DNA of 10,087 nucleotides from Pseudobdellovibrionaceae bacterium (GCA_044359815.1 JBIKLL010000087.1:1-10087), one strand, 5' to 3'; counted from the first letter of the stretch, positions 1 to 7,267 are shown. Notes: a model not told the origin generated them from the letters alone. Numbers and translations are program-made.

Positions 1-2
1 CA

Positions 3-1037
3 GATGGCGAACTGTTTATGGTCCACGGTGGGTTTTATTATCAGGTTTTGAAAAAGAAATTTTATCCCGGCGAACTGCCAAAGACTCTGCACTGGTTTAA
101 ATGGGAAGCGACAATAACTTGGATCACCGGAATCTTTTTATTTTTCCTGATGTATTATCTCAACGGTGCCGGATTAATGCTTTCTGCAAAACTGAATCCG
201 ACGATGACCCAATTTCAAGTCATCGCAATGAGTCTATCAATTATAATCCTGAGCTGGCTTGTCTATGATTTTATTTGGCTGCCAAGATTTGAAAAATTCA
301 AATTTGTATCTTTGTTTATCTCAGTGTTTTTGTTTTTTGGAATTGTATTTTTAAACACCTATATGTTCAGTGGCCGAGGGGCCTATATTTTGACAGGCGT
401 CATTATGGGAACCATGATGGTTTTAAATGTTTGGGTCAGGATATTGCCTGGGCAACGGAAAATGTTAGCGCAAGCTGAATCAGGACAGATACCCGATTAT
501 TCATTGGGACTGAAAGCCAAAAGCCGAAGCATTCACAATACCTATTTTACCTTTCCTGTTTTACTGATCATGATTTCAAACCATTATGCTTTTTTGTATA
601 ACTCTGAAAACAACGGATTGTTTTTGATTCTGTTAGCACTCAGTGGGGCTTTTATCCGCCATGCCATGGTTGCTCGTGAAAAAGCTTATCGCTGGCTATA
701 TGTGATCGGTTTTGGGATTTTATTTTACCTGTTTTATATTTCTGCACCCAAAACACAGACAATGATTCTCTCAGACAAAAATCCTGTCCCAGAATACAGT
801 CAAATCAAAGGCATTTTTCAAACTCACTGTTTAAGTTGCCATAGCAGCCAAAATACTGACAAGATTTTTACAGTGGCTCCGAAAAACTTTATTTTAGAAA
901 CAGAAGAACAGATCAAATTAAATGCAGCATCCATATATCAACGTGTTTGGGTAGACAGAAACATGCCTTTCAACAATCAAACTCAGATCACTGAGGCTGA
1001 ACGCGAAGCCATTGCTCGGTTTACTAAAAAACTCTGA
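3..1037 (+). CDS. puuD: Urate hydroxylase PuuD (membrane urate-oxidase N-terminal domain plus C-terminal cytochrome c); 5'-truncated by the window edge
   Basis: The frame is open from nt 3 (DGELF-MVHGGFYY), so the ATG at 18 is probably internal. PuuD motifs recognised: LHWFKWE..TWITG, GTMM..NVW..ILPGQRKM and RSIHNTYFTFPVLLIMISNHY. It has several TM helices, a haem-binding CLSCH (nt 828-842) and a distal MPFNN.T.IT..ER motif. The neighbouring genes are urate catabolic. Confidence 0.93.
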   Translation, partial: DGELFMVHGGFYYQVLKKKFYPGELPKTLHWFKWEATITWITGIFLFFLMYYLNGAGLMLSAKLNPTMTQFQVIAMSLSIIILSWLVYDFIWLPRFEKFKFVSLFISVFLFFGIVFLNTYMFSGRGAYILTGVIMGTMMVLNVWVRILPGQRKMLAQAESGQIPDYSLGLKAKSRSIHNTYFTFPVLLIMISNHYAFLYNSENNGLFLILLALSGAFIRHAMVAREKAYRWLYVIGFGILFYLFYISAPKTQTMILSDKNPVPEYSQIKGIFQTHCLSCHSSQNTDKIFTVAPKNFILETEEQIKLNAASIYQRVWVDRNMPFNNQTQITEAEREAIARFTKKL

Positions 1038-4000
1038 TCCTATTTATCCCACCATCTGGAAAAATTAAAACCTTTAGGTACCTGAATTTTTTTTGATTTT
1101 TTATTTTAAATATTTTTTTATTGCCCGCAAAGGGTTTCACAAAAGTCTTTGGAACTAACTGATCAAAACTGAGGGCTTCAAAATCACCGTCTTTGACCTT
1201 TGAGGCATCAATACCCTGGGGCGCATTTCCGGCCTCAATCGAAACAAATCGAGGATTGTTATTAACAAAATAACTAAAATCCAAAACGATTTCCTGAATA
1301 ACTGTTTTTTTGCAAAGCTCAATGATTACAAATTCACTATTACCCATCTGACGGCTTCTGGAATTTTCAAGACCATCAAACATATTTAGTGGCTCAAAGG
1401 GTGAAATCACCTGACTGGCCGGGGCATAGTGCTCGTTGCTGGCTGCAATGATTTTACCACCATTTAAACTGCAAGCCAGATCTTGGCTTTTATATTTTAA
1501 ATATTTCGGATCTAAAGCCAAGGTCATTGGCTTTTTAGTTTTTGGAATCAGGGCTTGAATCTTTTCACAAACAGCCCGCTCGGGTGGTTGAAACTGGGCT
1601 GCGATTTCATCTGGTAATTTCTCAAACAACTGAATCCGGCTGAGCCCACCATCAGGATAAATATTCACTCGTATTTTCGTGTAAGATTCACCTCTAGGAT
1701 TCAGTTTAATTTTTGTCGTTGAATGCCCCTCCATTTTAAACTGTGGCAAAATCGTCTGCCAGCTATCTGCAAATCCTTCCACACTGACCATGGGCGCTTG
1801 ATTGCCCAAATGAAATTCCGTGGACAGAAAAATAAAATTCACTTGGCTTTTTTTAATCAATTCAAACTCGGCACTGTCACAAGGTGATTGATTGTGTCTG
1901 GCACTTTCCCAAGAATCCATGATTTTACCCTGATTACCAAATAACCTTGGATCAAATGTGGGTTTACATGGGCTGATCAGATTCTCAGCCCTGGCAAATT
2001 TTTGATTGGAAACTTTTATGAGTTTTGCTTTTTGTAAAACATTAAACTGATTCAAGTCCATTAATACGCCATTGTCCCTGACAATTGATTCTGGCAGATC
2101 TGGCAAAAAGGCTTTGAATAACAAGTTTTTGTAACCTTGATTCACCTTTTGCTCAGTCGGAATATTTTCATCATCAAATGATTTCTGAAATTGATCAAAA
2201 TCAATCCCCGAAAACTCCATACTCTTAAGCAACAACTGCACAATTTCTGCTATTGCGTAAACACCTTCCTGATCAGCGTTGACCAGTACAGTGATAGTTT
2301 TTCCAAAATCTGGCCCCTGATAACAGCTTAAATAAATTGCCCTAAATCCATCATTGGCTCCTTGGTGCAACATGAACCGATTAGAGCCAGCTTCAATCAA
2401 AAATGTCCCTAATCCCGACAGGGCTTGCATAAAGTCTTTACTGCCAAAATCACATCCCCAAACCATTTGAACCACAAAATCATGCCAAGGATCTCTGGGA
2501 TTCACAAAGGCCCGCGCAAGCTTTGCATTAAATTGGCAAACAGCCATTGCACTTGCACTGAATCCCGCTGCAAACGCAGGAAATTTCAATAAAACAGAAT
2601 TACCGGCTTTTTTGCCAATGGCATGATTAGAATTTTGATTAAAATAAAACCCATGCTGTTTTAAAAACGGCGACAGAATTTTTTGTATGCTTTTTTTCTC
2701 GAGAGTCTCTAGTAAATGTTCCAGAATTAAAAAACCACCCCCCGAATAATTGAACTGAGTCCCGGGATCAGGATGACAATCAATAGCCTGATAGCCAAAC
2801 TGATCGGGGTTTAATAAAATTTTTGTAACTGATGGGAGCTGATTTTTAAAGCCACTGACATAATGTAAATTTAAAGCCGTGTGATTGAGCAAGCTTCTGA
2901 TCGGAACCTTTTTTGAAAGCTGCAGCTTAGATCCAGCTTTGCCCAGCCAATCATTGACCATATCATCCAAATCGATGCCTTTTTTCAAAAAATACTGCTG
3001 ACAAAAAATCGAGGCCACAGTTTTACTGAGACTGGCTATTTGAAACAGTTTTTTGGATTGAGGTCCAACACCAAATTGACTGCCATTCACAGAAACCTGT
3101 GCGGATTCCACACCATGCTTTTTTAAAATTTCAGAAATCTCTGTTTTTAAATCTAGCGAACTCTGTTGCTGCATTCTTTTGACAGTGATTTCTGCCAGTG
3201 CTTTCTTGGCATTCATCAACTCTTTGGCGGCAGAACCCTTAATACGCTGCTTTAAAGCCTTTAACATTTCTGCCGAGGACTTGCCCTTTGCTGAAATTAA
3301 AAACTTAAACCCAAATTTCTTCAGGTAATCTTGACCTAGTTTTTTTAACTCACTCCTGGATCTGTCATCCATATCTTGTTGAGCTCGAGCTTGCTCGCTG
3401 GTGGCCTGGGCATCTAAGGTTTTTGCGCTTTCACCAATATCACCATGAAAATGAGCAGCCTCGATCACTTGTTTTTTTGAAAACTGCATAATGCAATCAG
3501 AAATATCAGCCTGATCATAAAAATCAGTTTCCGACATTTTGTCTGCAAACCATTGGCAGGAACACAATTCATAAAAATAATCCCAATCCCTAATTTCTTT
3601 AGGCAGCTTTAAAAGTTCAGGCCGATCCGACTGGATTTTTTTAAGAGGATCAATTGAATTTCTGGCACCCTCATCAGTAAATGGCATCAAAAGCTCACTG
3701 ACAAATTCGCAGGGGTTTGAATCAAAAACCAATTTCATAAAAATCAATTTTGCAGTGGGATACCATTTAGCTGTTTCCTGGTTCCATTTTACGGCGACTA
3801 TTTTTTGTTTGTTTGAAAAATCTTTTCTGATAAACAGCAATTCCTGATGAATGATTTTTATCAGTTCAGTTTTTTTAAACCTGCTATGATAAATTTCGTG
3901 CCAGACTTCCCAGCGCGACCGTTCACAGGTGGCCAGATCATCCATAACCCTGACTGCCGTCCCGCCAATATTAGCAGGCAGGGCCACACAACCATTGCCA

Positions 4001-5517
4001 CACAACCAATCTGCTAAATACTGCAAACTCTGAAAAACATTGTATCTGATTTCATCAGGATGATTGTTTGCAATAAAATCAGATTTTTTAATGTCACAGA
4101 CTATTAGTTTATTAATTTCGATATCTGAATTTAGCTTGGATGGGGATTTTTTAGCACCCACAGCTTTTTTGGCAGGCAATTTTTTCTTTTGATCTGATAG
4201 GTTTTTGATTAATCCTAAAATTTCCGTTTGGTGCTTTGCTTTCAGAAACGCTTTAACAAGGGATTTTAAATCTGCAGAATTATTTTTATAACTCCAAACC
4301 AGGGCCAGTCCCAGTCTGACAAAATCTGGATGAGCCACCCAAAAACCATCCAGGCCCCGGGATAATTGTATAATCACATCCTTAAAAAAACCTTTTAGCG
4401 TCAGTTGATAACTGTCTGAAAATAAATCTTTACCCAACGGCAGAACCCCATACATTCCGCCAATTTTGATTCCACCCCTATCACCCACGACCTGTGACAA
4501 CAATCGATGGGAAGCCGCTATGTGTTTGATAACGATTTCCGGATCAGCCTTTACGGGTATTCTGTATTGGGAATCAAATCTGGACAGCCTGGCCATGGAG
4601 GCTAAAAAATCATGCCACCCCAAAGAGGCTCCTGCAAAATAGGGATCCAATGCGGTTATGATTTCATTGGCTCGCAATATGGCCCTGGGGTTTTCCAATA
4701 CAATCATCAATTTCACTGTGCCCATTTTGTAATTTGGATTTATTGATTGGATTTTTTCTTCGGCCCTATGAATCAATAATTTAACATAAGAAGCTTCTTC
4801 TTCATTTTCGATCTTGGGAATATAAAAACACAATGCCTCTGGAAAATTTTGATTTTCAAATAAATGGTTGGCGAAATCCCACAGATGCAAAGGGGCCTGC
4901 AAATGCAAAAAATTTCCCTGCAATGCCAAACCTGGAATGCGCTTTATGGGCTTCGCTAAATGTGTGGCTTGCAATCTGTACTGCTGGCTGTCTGAAACAA
5001 CATTTAAAGTTTTGTTAAAGCATTTGTTGAGGTTTTTCTGAGCGATCAATAAATCCTGCATTAATGGAGTTTTTGAATCTTCGTCGTCAGCTCCCCAAAA
5101 CGGGATCAAATCTGATTTGGCTAAAATTTCTGCCAGTATTTCAGGTTCCTGGGGAAGTTTTCGGTGGTAGGAATTCATGGCATTAATACAAAGCTTGGCA
5201 TCCCCTGGCGGACCAAACAAAGTCACATGGGGGCCTTGTATAAATTCAGGTATATTTTTAACGGGATCACCATAGCCACGATCAAAATGATTATTTCTGG
5301 GACCAAAAACAATGCGGCCCTCGGAATCCGTCTGACCAATCACTCTCATGTAATCCGGATGATCAGGAGTTAAACCCAACTGCTGATTGAATTGTGAAAT
5401 CACTTTCACACGCTCATCGATAAAAGCTCGGTCTTGAACCCTTTGCTTGAGCACTTTTTCGTAGTCTGTTTTTATCTGATCATAGAGCCAACTGACAAAA
5501 GACTCAGCTGTGCGCAT
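1024..5517 (-). CDS. Four-domain polyprotein, 1497 aa: malate synthase A / OHCU decarboxylase / beta-lactamase-fold serine hydrolase / allantoicase
   Basis: Single uninterrupted ORF with its ATG 2 nt downstream of the uraH stop. Each domain has recognisable family motifs (see the domain entries). Confidence 0.92.
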   Translation of the reverse strand: MRTAESFVSWLYDQIKTDYEKVLKQRVQDRAFIDERVKVISQFNQQLGLTPDHPDYMRVIGQTDSEGRIVFGPRNNHFDRGYGDPVKNIPEFIQGPHVTLFGPPGDAKLCINAMNSYHRKLPQEPEILAEILAKSDLIPFWGADDEDSKTPLMQDLLIAQKNLNKCFNKTLNVVSDSQQYRLQATHLAKPIKRIPGLALQGNFLHLQAPLHLWDFANHLFENQNFPEALCFYIPKIENEEEASYVKLLIHRAEEKIQSINPNYKMGTVKLMIVLENPRAILRANEIITALDPYFAGASLGWHDFLASMARLSRFDSQYRIPVKADPEIVIKHIAASHRLLSQVVGDRGGIKIGGMYGVLPLGKDLFSDSYQLTLKGFFKDVIIQLSRGLDGFWVAHPDFVRLGLALVWSYKNNSADLKSLVKAFLKAKHQTEILGLIKNLSDQKKKLPAKKAVGAKKSPSKLNSDIEINKLIVCDIKKSDFIANNHPDEIRYNVFQSLQYLADWLCGNGCVALPANIGGTAVRVMDDLATCERSRWEVWHEIYHSRFKKTELIKIIHQELLFIRKDFSNKQKIVAVKWNQETAKWYPTAKLIFMKLVFDSNPCEFVSELLMPFTDEGARNSIDPLKKIQSDRPELLKLPKEIRDWDYFYELCSCQWFADKMSETDFYDQADISDCIMQFSKKQVIEAAHFHGDIGESAKTLDAQATSEQARAQQDMDDRSRSELKKLGQDYLKKFGFKFLISAKGKSSAEMLKALKQRIKGSAAKELMNAKKALAEITVKRMQQQSSLDLKTEISEILKKHGVESAQVSVNGSQFGVGPQSKKLFQIASLSKTVASIFCQQYFLKKGIDLDDMVNDWLGKAGSKLQLSKKVPIRSLLNHTALNLHYVSGFKNQLPSVTKILLNPDQFGYQAIDCHPDPGTQFNYSGGGFLILEHLLETLEKKSIQKILSPFLKQHGFYFNQNSNHAIGKKAGNSVLLKFPAFAAGFSASAMAVCQFNAKLARAFVNPRDPWHDFVVQMVWGCDFGSKDFMQALSGLGTFLIEAGSNRFMLHQGANDGFRAIYLSCYQGPDFGKTITVLVNADQEGVYAIAEIVQLLLKSMEFSGIDFDQFQKSFDDENIPTEQKVNQGYKNLLFKAFLPDLPESIVRDNGVLMDLNQFNVLQKAKLIKVSNQKFARAENLISPCKPTFDPRLFGNQGKIMDSWESARHNQSPCDSAEFELIKKSQVNFIFLSTEFHLGNQAPMVSVEGFADSWQTILPQFKMEGHSTTKIKLNPRGESYTKIRVNIYPDGGLSRIQLFEKLPDEIAAQFQPPERAVCEKIQALIPKTKKPMTLALDPKYLKYKSQDLACSLNGGKIIAASNEHYAPASQVISPFEPLNMFDGLENSRSRQMGNSEFVIIELCKKTVIQEIVLDFSYFVNNNPRFVSIEAGNAPQGIDASKVKDGDFEALSFDQLVPKTFVKPFAGNKKIFKIKNQKKFRYLKVLIFPDGGINRIRVF
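1027..2055 (-). other. Domain 4 (aa ~1155-1497): allantoicase, two tandem repeats
   Basis: Repeat 1: SNQKFA.AENLI, GKIMDSWESARH, TEFHLGN and NIYPDGGLSR. Repeat 2: DLA..LNGG.I.A.SNEHY, NMFDGLENSRSR and IFPDGGINRIRVF. Boundaries are approximate. Confidence 0.88.
2218..3150 (-). other. Domain 3 (aa ~790-1100): beta-lactamase/PBP-like serine hydrolase
   Basis: FQIAS829LSK832 (SxxK), LLNHTA (LLxHxS/A-like), PGTQFNY924SGGG (Y-x-x motif), H1051QGANDGF (HxG motif), and VLVN near the end of the domain. Boundaries are approximate. Confidence 0.9.
3163..3585 (-). other. Domain 2 (aa ~645-785): OHCU decarboxylase (UraD-like)
   Basis: HGDIG (H691; cf. HPxIG/HPDLA), SEQ (E708), Y.KKFGFKFLI.AKG, and C-terminal E...A..A...I...RM. 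Boundaries are approximate. Confidence 0.88.
3673..5517 (-). other. Domain 1 (aa ~1-615): malate synthase A-like (AceB type)
   Basis: VTLFGPP..KLCINAMN (cf. VEITGP..KMVINALN), ADDEDS (cf. ADFEDS), R193 in IKRIPG, FYIPKIE, VLEN (E275), LGWHDF (D303), GGM, GLDGFWVAHP, GNGCV and MDDLATCERSR (D527; cf. MEDAATAEISR). The catalytic Arg/Asp and Mg-ligand Glu/Asp appear retained. Boundaries are approximate. Confidence 0.88.
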
Positions 5518-5519
5518 AC

Positions 5520-5843
5520 TTATGATCCACGGTAGGTGGAATAGCCAAAGGGATTTAACAACAAGGGTACGTGATAATTTCGTTTTGAATCTGAAACTTT
5601 AAAGCAGACTTCGGTGTTATTAAAAAATGAAGGTATTTGTTTTTTACTGAAATAATCTTGTGTTTCGAAGGTCAGTTTGAAATCACCCGCCTGGGCTGTA
5701 AAATCAAATTTAATCCGCCCATCGCTGTTGGTTTTGTCAGTGGCAATAACCTTCCAGGTATCTGCGGTTTTGATTTCAAGTTTTACTTTAACACCAGATG
5801 CAGGTTCCCCGCAGCTGGTGTCCAAGATATGGGTGCTAATCAT
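5520..5843 (-). CDS. uraH: 5-hydroxyisourate (HIU) hydrolase, transthyretin-like, cytoplasmic
   Basis: STHILDT..G.PA, TNSDGR, YHVPLLLNPFGYST and the diagnostic C-terminal YRGS. No signal peptide. An AGGA SD-like sequence overlaps the upstream TAG stop. Confidence 0.96.
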   Translation of the reverse strand: MISTHILDTSCGEPASGVKVKLEIKTADTWKVIATDKTNSDGRIKFDFTAQAGDFKLTFETQDYFSKKQIPSFFNNTEVCFKVSDSKRNYHVPLLLNPFGYSTYRGS

Positions 5844-5849
5844 AGGTTC

Positions 5850-6707
5850 CTAAAATCCAAATCCAAATTTACCTGTGACACTGCTGGTATCAAAAGCTTT
5901 TGAATATTCAACCCCCAAAGACATCAAAACCAATTTTGCATTGAAGCCCACAATCAACTGTGTGGTCGATACCTTGGTGCTTGATGCTTGTGCTGAAGTC
6001 ACTGAAACATCAAATACAGTCCCCGTACCTGTGACCTCCAGATCATTTTTCGCATTGATAAATCCAATGCCACCGTAGGGTTCTAAAAATGGAATTTTAG
6101 GGCTCAGCAGTAACTGCACTCCTGTGACTGCGTTTTTATTGTCAACTGTTCCCGAAACTCCGCTCTGAGCCTGCACAAAAGAAAATTTTGAAGTCGTTGA
6201 AAATAATCTGGTCGAGAAATTGAGCGGTAACACTGGGATCAATTCATCAATTGAAATCTTTAATGCCATTGACGTGGATTGAAAATTCCCATCATCGCCA
6301 CCCATCTTAGGAACCATGGCTATTTCACCAGTAAGCCCAAATGGAATGGTCAGAGCTCCATAAAGGCCAAAATTTGCTATCTGTCCTAAGCTGTTTCCAG
6401 CGCTGCTGGCTTTAACAATTGCATCCAATTTAGGAGTCGCCGTTGTTCCGCCCATAATGCCAAACTCAAAGCCAAAAATGCTGCCTAATCCAGCGGCACC
6501 CTGTCCTGCTTTATGCATAAAATTGGCTGAAAACTCCTTAGATAAATCCGTGAAATTTTGTTCGGTTAAAGAACTAAATCCAATTGCAGCCTGAGCCTGG
6601 TTAACAACACTTCCCATAACAATAAAAGACACCATCGCTATCAGAACTACTGATACCCTGAAATCCTTTAGATTATTAAAAACACTTAATACTTTCAAAT
6701 TTTTCAT
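5850..6707 (-). CDS. Putative outer-membrane beta-barrel protein (about 285 aa), function unknown
   Basis: Start moved from 6758 to ATG 6707, which has GAAGGGG 6 nt upstream. Signal peptide ends ...NQAQA. Amphipathic beta-strands (GFEFGIMGG, FGLYGALTI, LEPYGGIGF, LSLGVEY-like) and a C-terminal GKFGFGF BAM-type signal. Confidence 0.75.
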   Translation of the reverse strand: MKNLKVLSVFNNLKDFRVSVVLIAMVSFIVMGSVVNQAQAAIGFSSLTEQNFTDLSKEFSANFMHKAGQGAAGLGSIFGFEFGIMGGTTATPKLDAIVKASSAGNSLGQIANFGLYGALTIPFGLTGEIAMVPKMGGDDGNFQSTSMALKISIDELIPVLPLNFSTRLFSTTSKFSFVQAQSGVSGTVDNKNAVTGVQLLLSPKIPFLEPYGGIGFINAKNDLEVTGTGTVFDVSVTSAQASSTKVSTTQLIVGFNAKLVLMSLGVEYSKAFDTSSVTGKFGFGF

Positions 6708-6729
6708 TATCATCCCCTTCGTTTTAAAA

Positions 6730-6758
6730 ATTGTATGTTCTTGCAATTTATAATTCAA
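6730..6758 (-). promoter_or_regulatory. Sigma70-type promoter for the OMP-uraH-polyprotein operon
   Basis: Minus strand: TTGAAT (6758-6753), 17 nt, TACAAT (6735-6730). The predicted TSS at about 6723 lies just upstream of the SD at 6714-6720. Confidence 0.6.
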
Positions 6759-6769
6759 CCCTCTAAAAT
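6741..6769 (+). promoter_or_regulatory. Sigma70-type promoter for the DoxX gene (probably leaderless)
   Basis: TTGCAA (6741-6746), 17 nt, TAAAAT (6764-6769). The ATG follows 7 nt later at 6777, with no SD. Confidence 0.55.
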
Positions 6770-6776
6770 TTCAGAT

Positions 6777-7193
6777 ATGAAAAAACTTTTAGTCAAAATC
6801 ACAGAAGAACCCACTTTTTTGCAGAATATTGGCATCACTAGTCTGCGCGTTTACGTGGGACTGTCCATGGCCTTCGCTCACGGAATTAAAAAAGTTCCCC
6901 CGTCAGAGGGCTTTATCCAAGGTGTTACTGATTTGGGTTTCCCTGCACCTTTGTTTTTCGCATGGTCGGCAGGTTTGGCAGAATTAATGGGTGGAATCTT
7001 TTTGGCCATAGGTTTATTAACCAGACCCTCGGCATTTTTTATTGCCATTACGATGGCTGTAGCGGCCTTTGGCGCTCACGCCTCAGATCCTTTTCAAAAA
7101 AAGGAATTGGCAATTATGTTTATGGCGCTTTCATTGTTTTTTATGGTCAGGGGATCTACGAGGTATTCACTGGATCGATTTTTAAACAGATAG
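6777..7193 (+). CDS. DoxX family inner-membrane protein (about 138 aa)
   Basis: LRVYVG..MAFAHG..K, GFPAP..FAW.AGLAEL.GG..LAIGLLTRP.A, M.VA.F.AH, KELA and G..RYSLD: a typical 4-TM DoxX pattern. Start moved to ATG 6777, which removes the overlap with the divergent ORF. Confidence 0.9.
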   Translation: MKKLLVKITEEPTFLQNIGITSLRVYVGLSMAFAHGIKKVPPSEGFIQGVTDLGFPAPLFFAWSAGLAELMGGIFLAIGLLTRPSAFFIAITMAVAAFGAHASDPFQKKELAIMFMALSLFFMVRGSTRYSLDRFLNR

Positions 7194-7267
7194 CTCTTTG
7201 CGACAAAATGAACCCAAATTCTAGAAGCCCCTCTTACCTGAGGCCAAGTGGCCCATCTCCTACCAAA

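Noticed and set aside
2218..3150. Calling the SxxK domain an antibiotic-resistance beta-lactamase
   Set aside because: It is an internal cytoplasmic domain with no signal peptide, and has YSG/HQG rather than the AmpC YxN/KTG motifs. Its context is metabolic.
4833..5373. Short plus-strand ORFs 4833-5018 and 5164-5373
   Set aside because: They are antisense shadows inside the malate synthase domain with no recognisable motifs.
1024..5517. Polyprotein as separate genes joined by a sequencing error
   Set aside because: This would need three independent in-frame joins, and no convincing internal SD+ATG was seen at the junctions. It cannot be fully excluded without reads.
5637..6078. Plus-strand ORFs 5637-5903 and 5875-6078
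   Set aside because: They are antisense to uraH and the OMP gene and show no protein-like features.
6708..6776. Long ORF-track starts at 6758 (-) and 6735 (+), which would overlap head-to-head
   Set aside because: The SD, promoter positions and signal peptide support starts at 6707 and 6777. Starts at 7729 and 9528 were likewise shortened to 7681 and 9498.
7194..7267. Intrinsic terminator between the convergent DoxX and hypothetical genes
   Set aside because: Only a weak 4-bp stem (CCTC-N6-GAGG) is present, with no U-tract.
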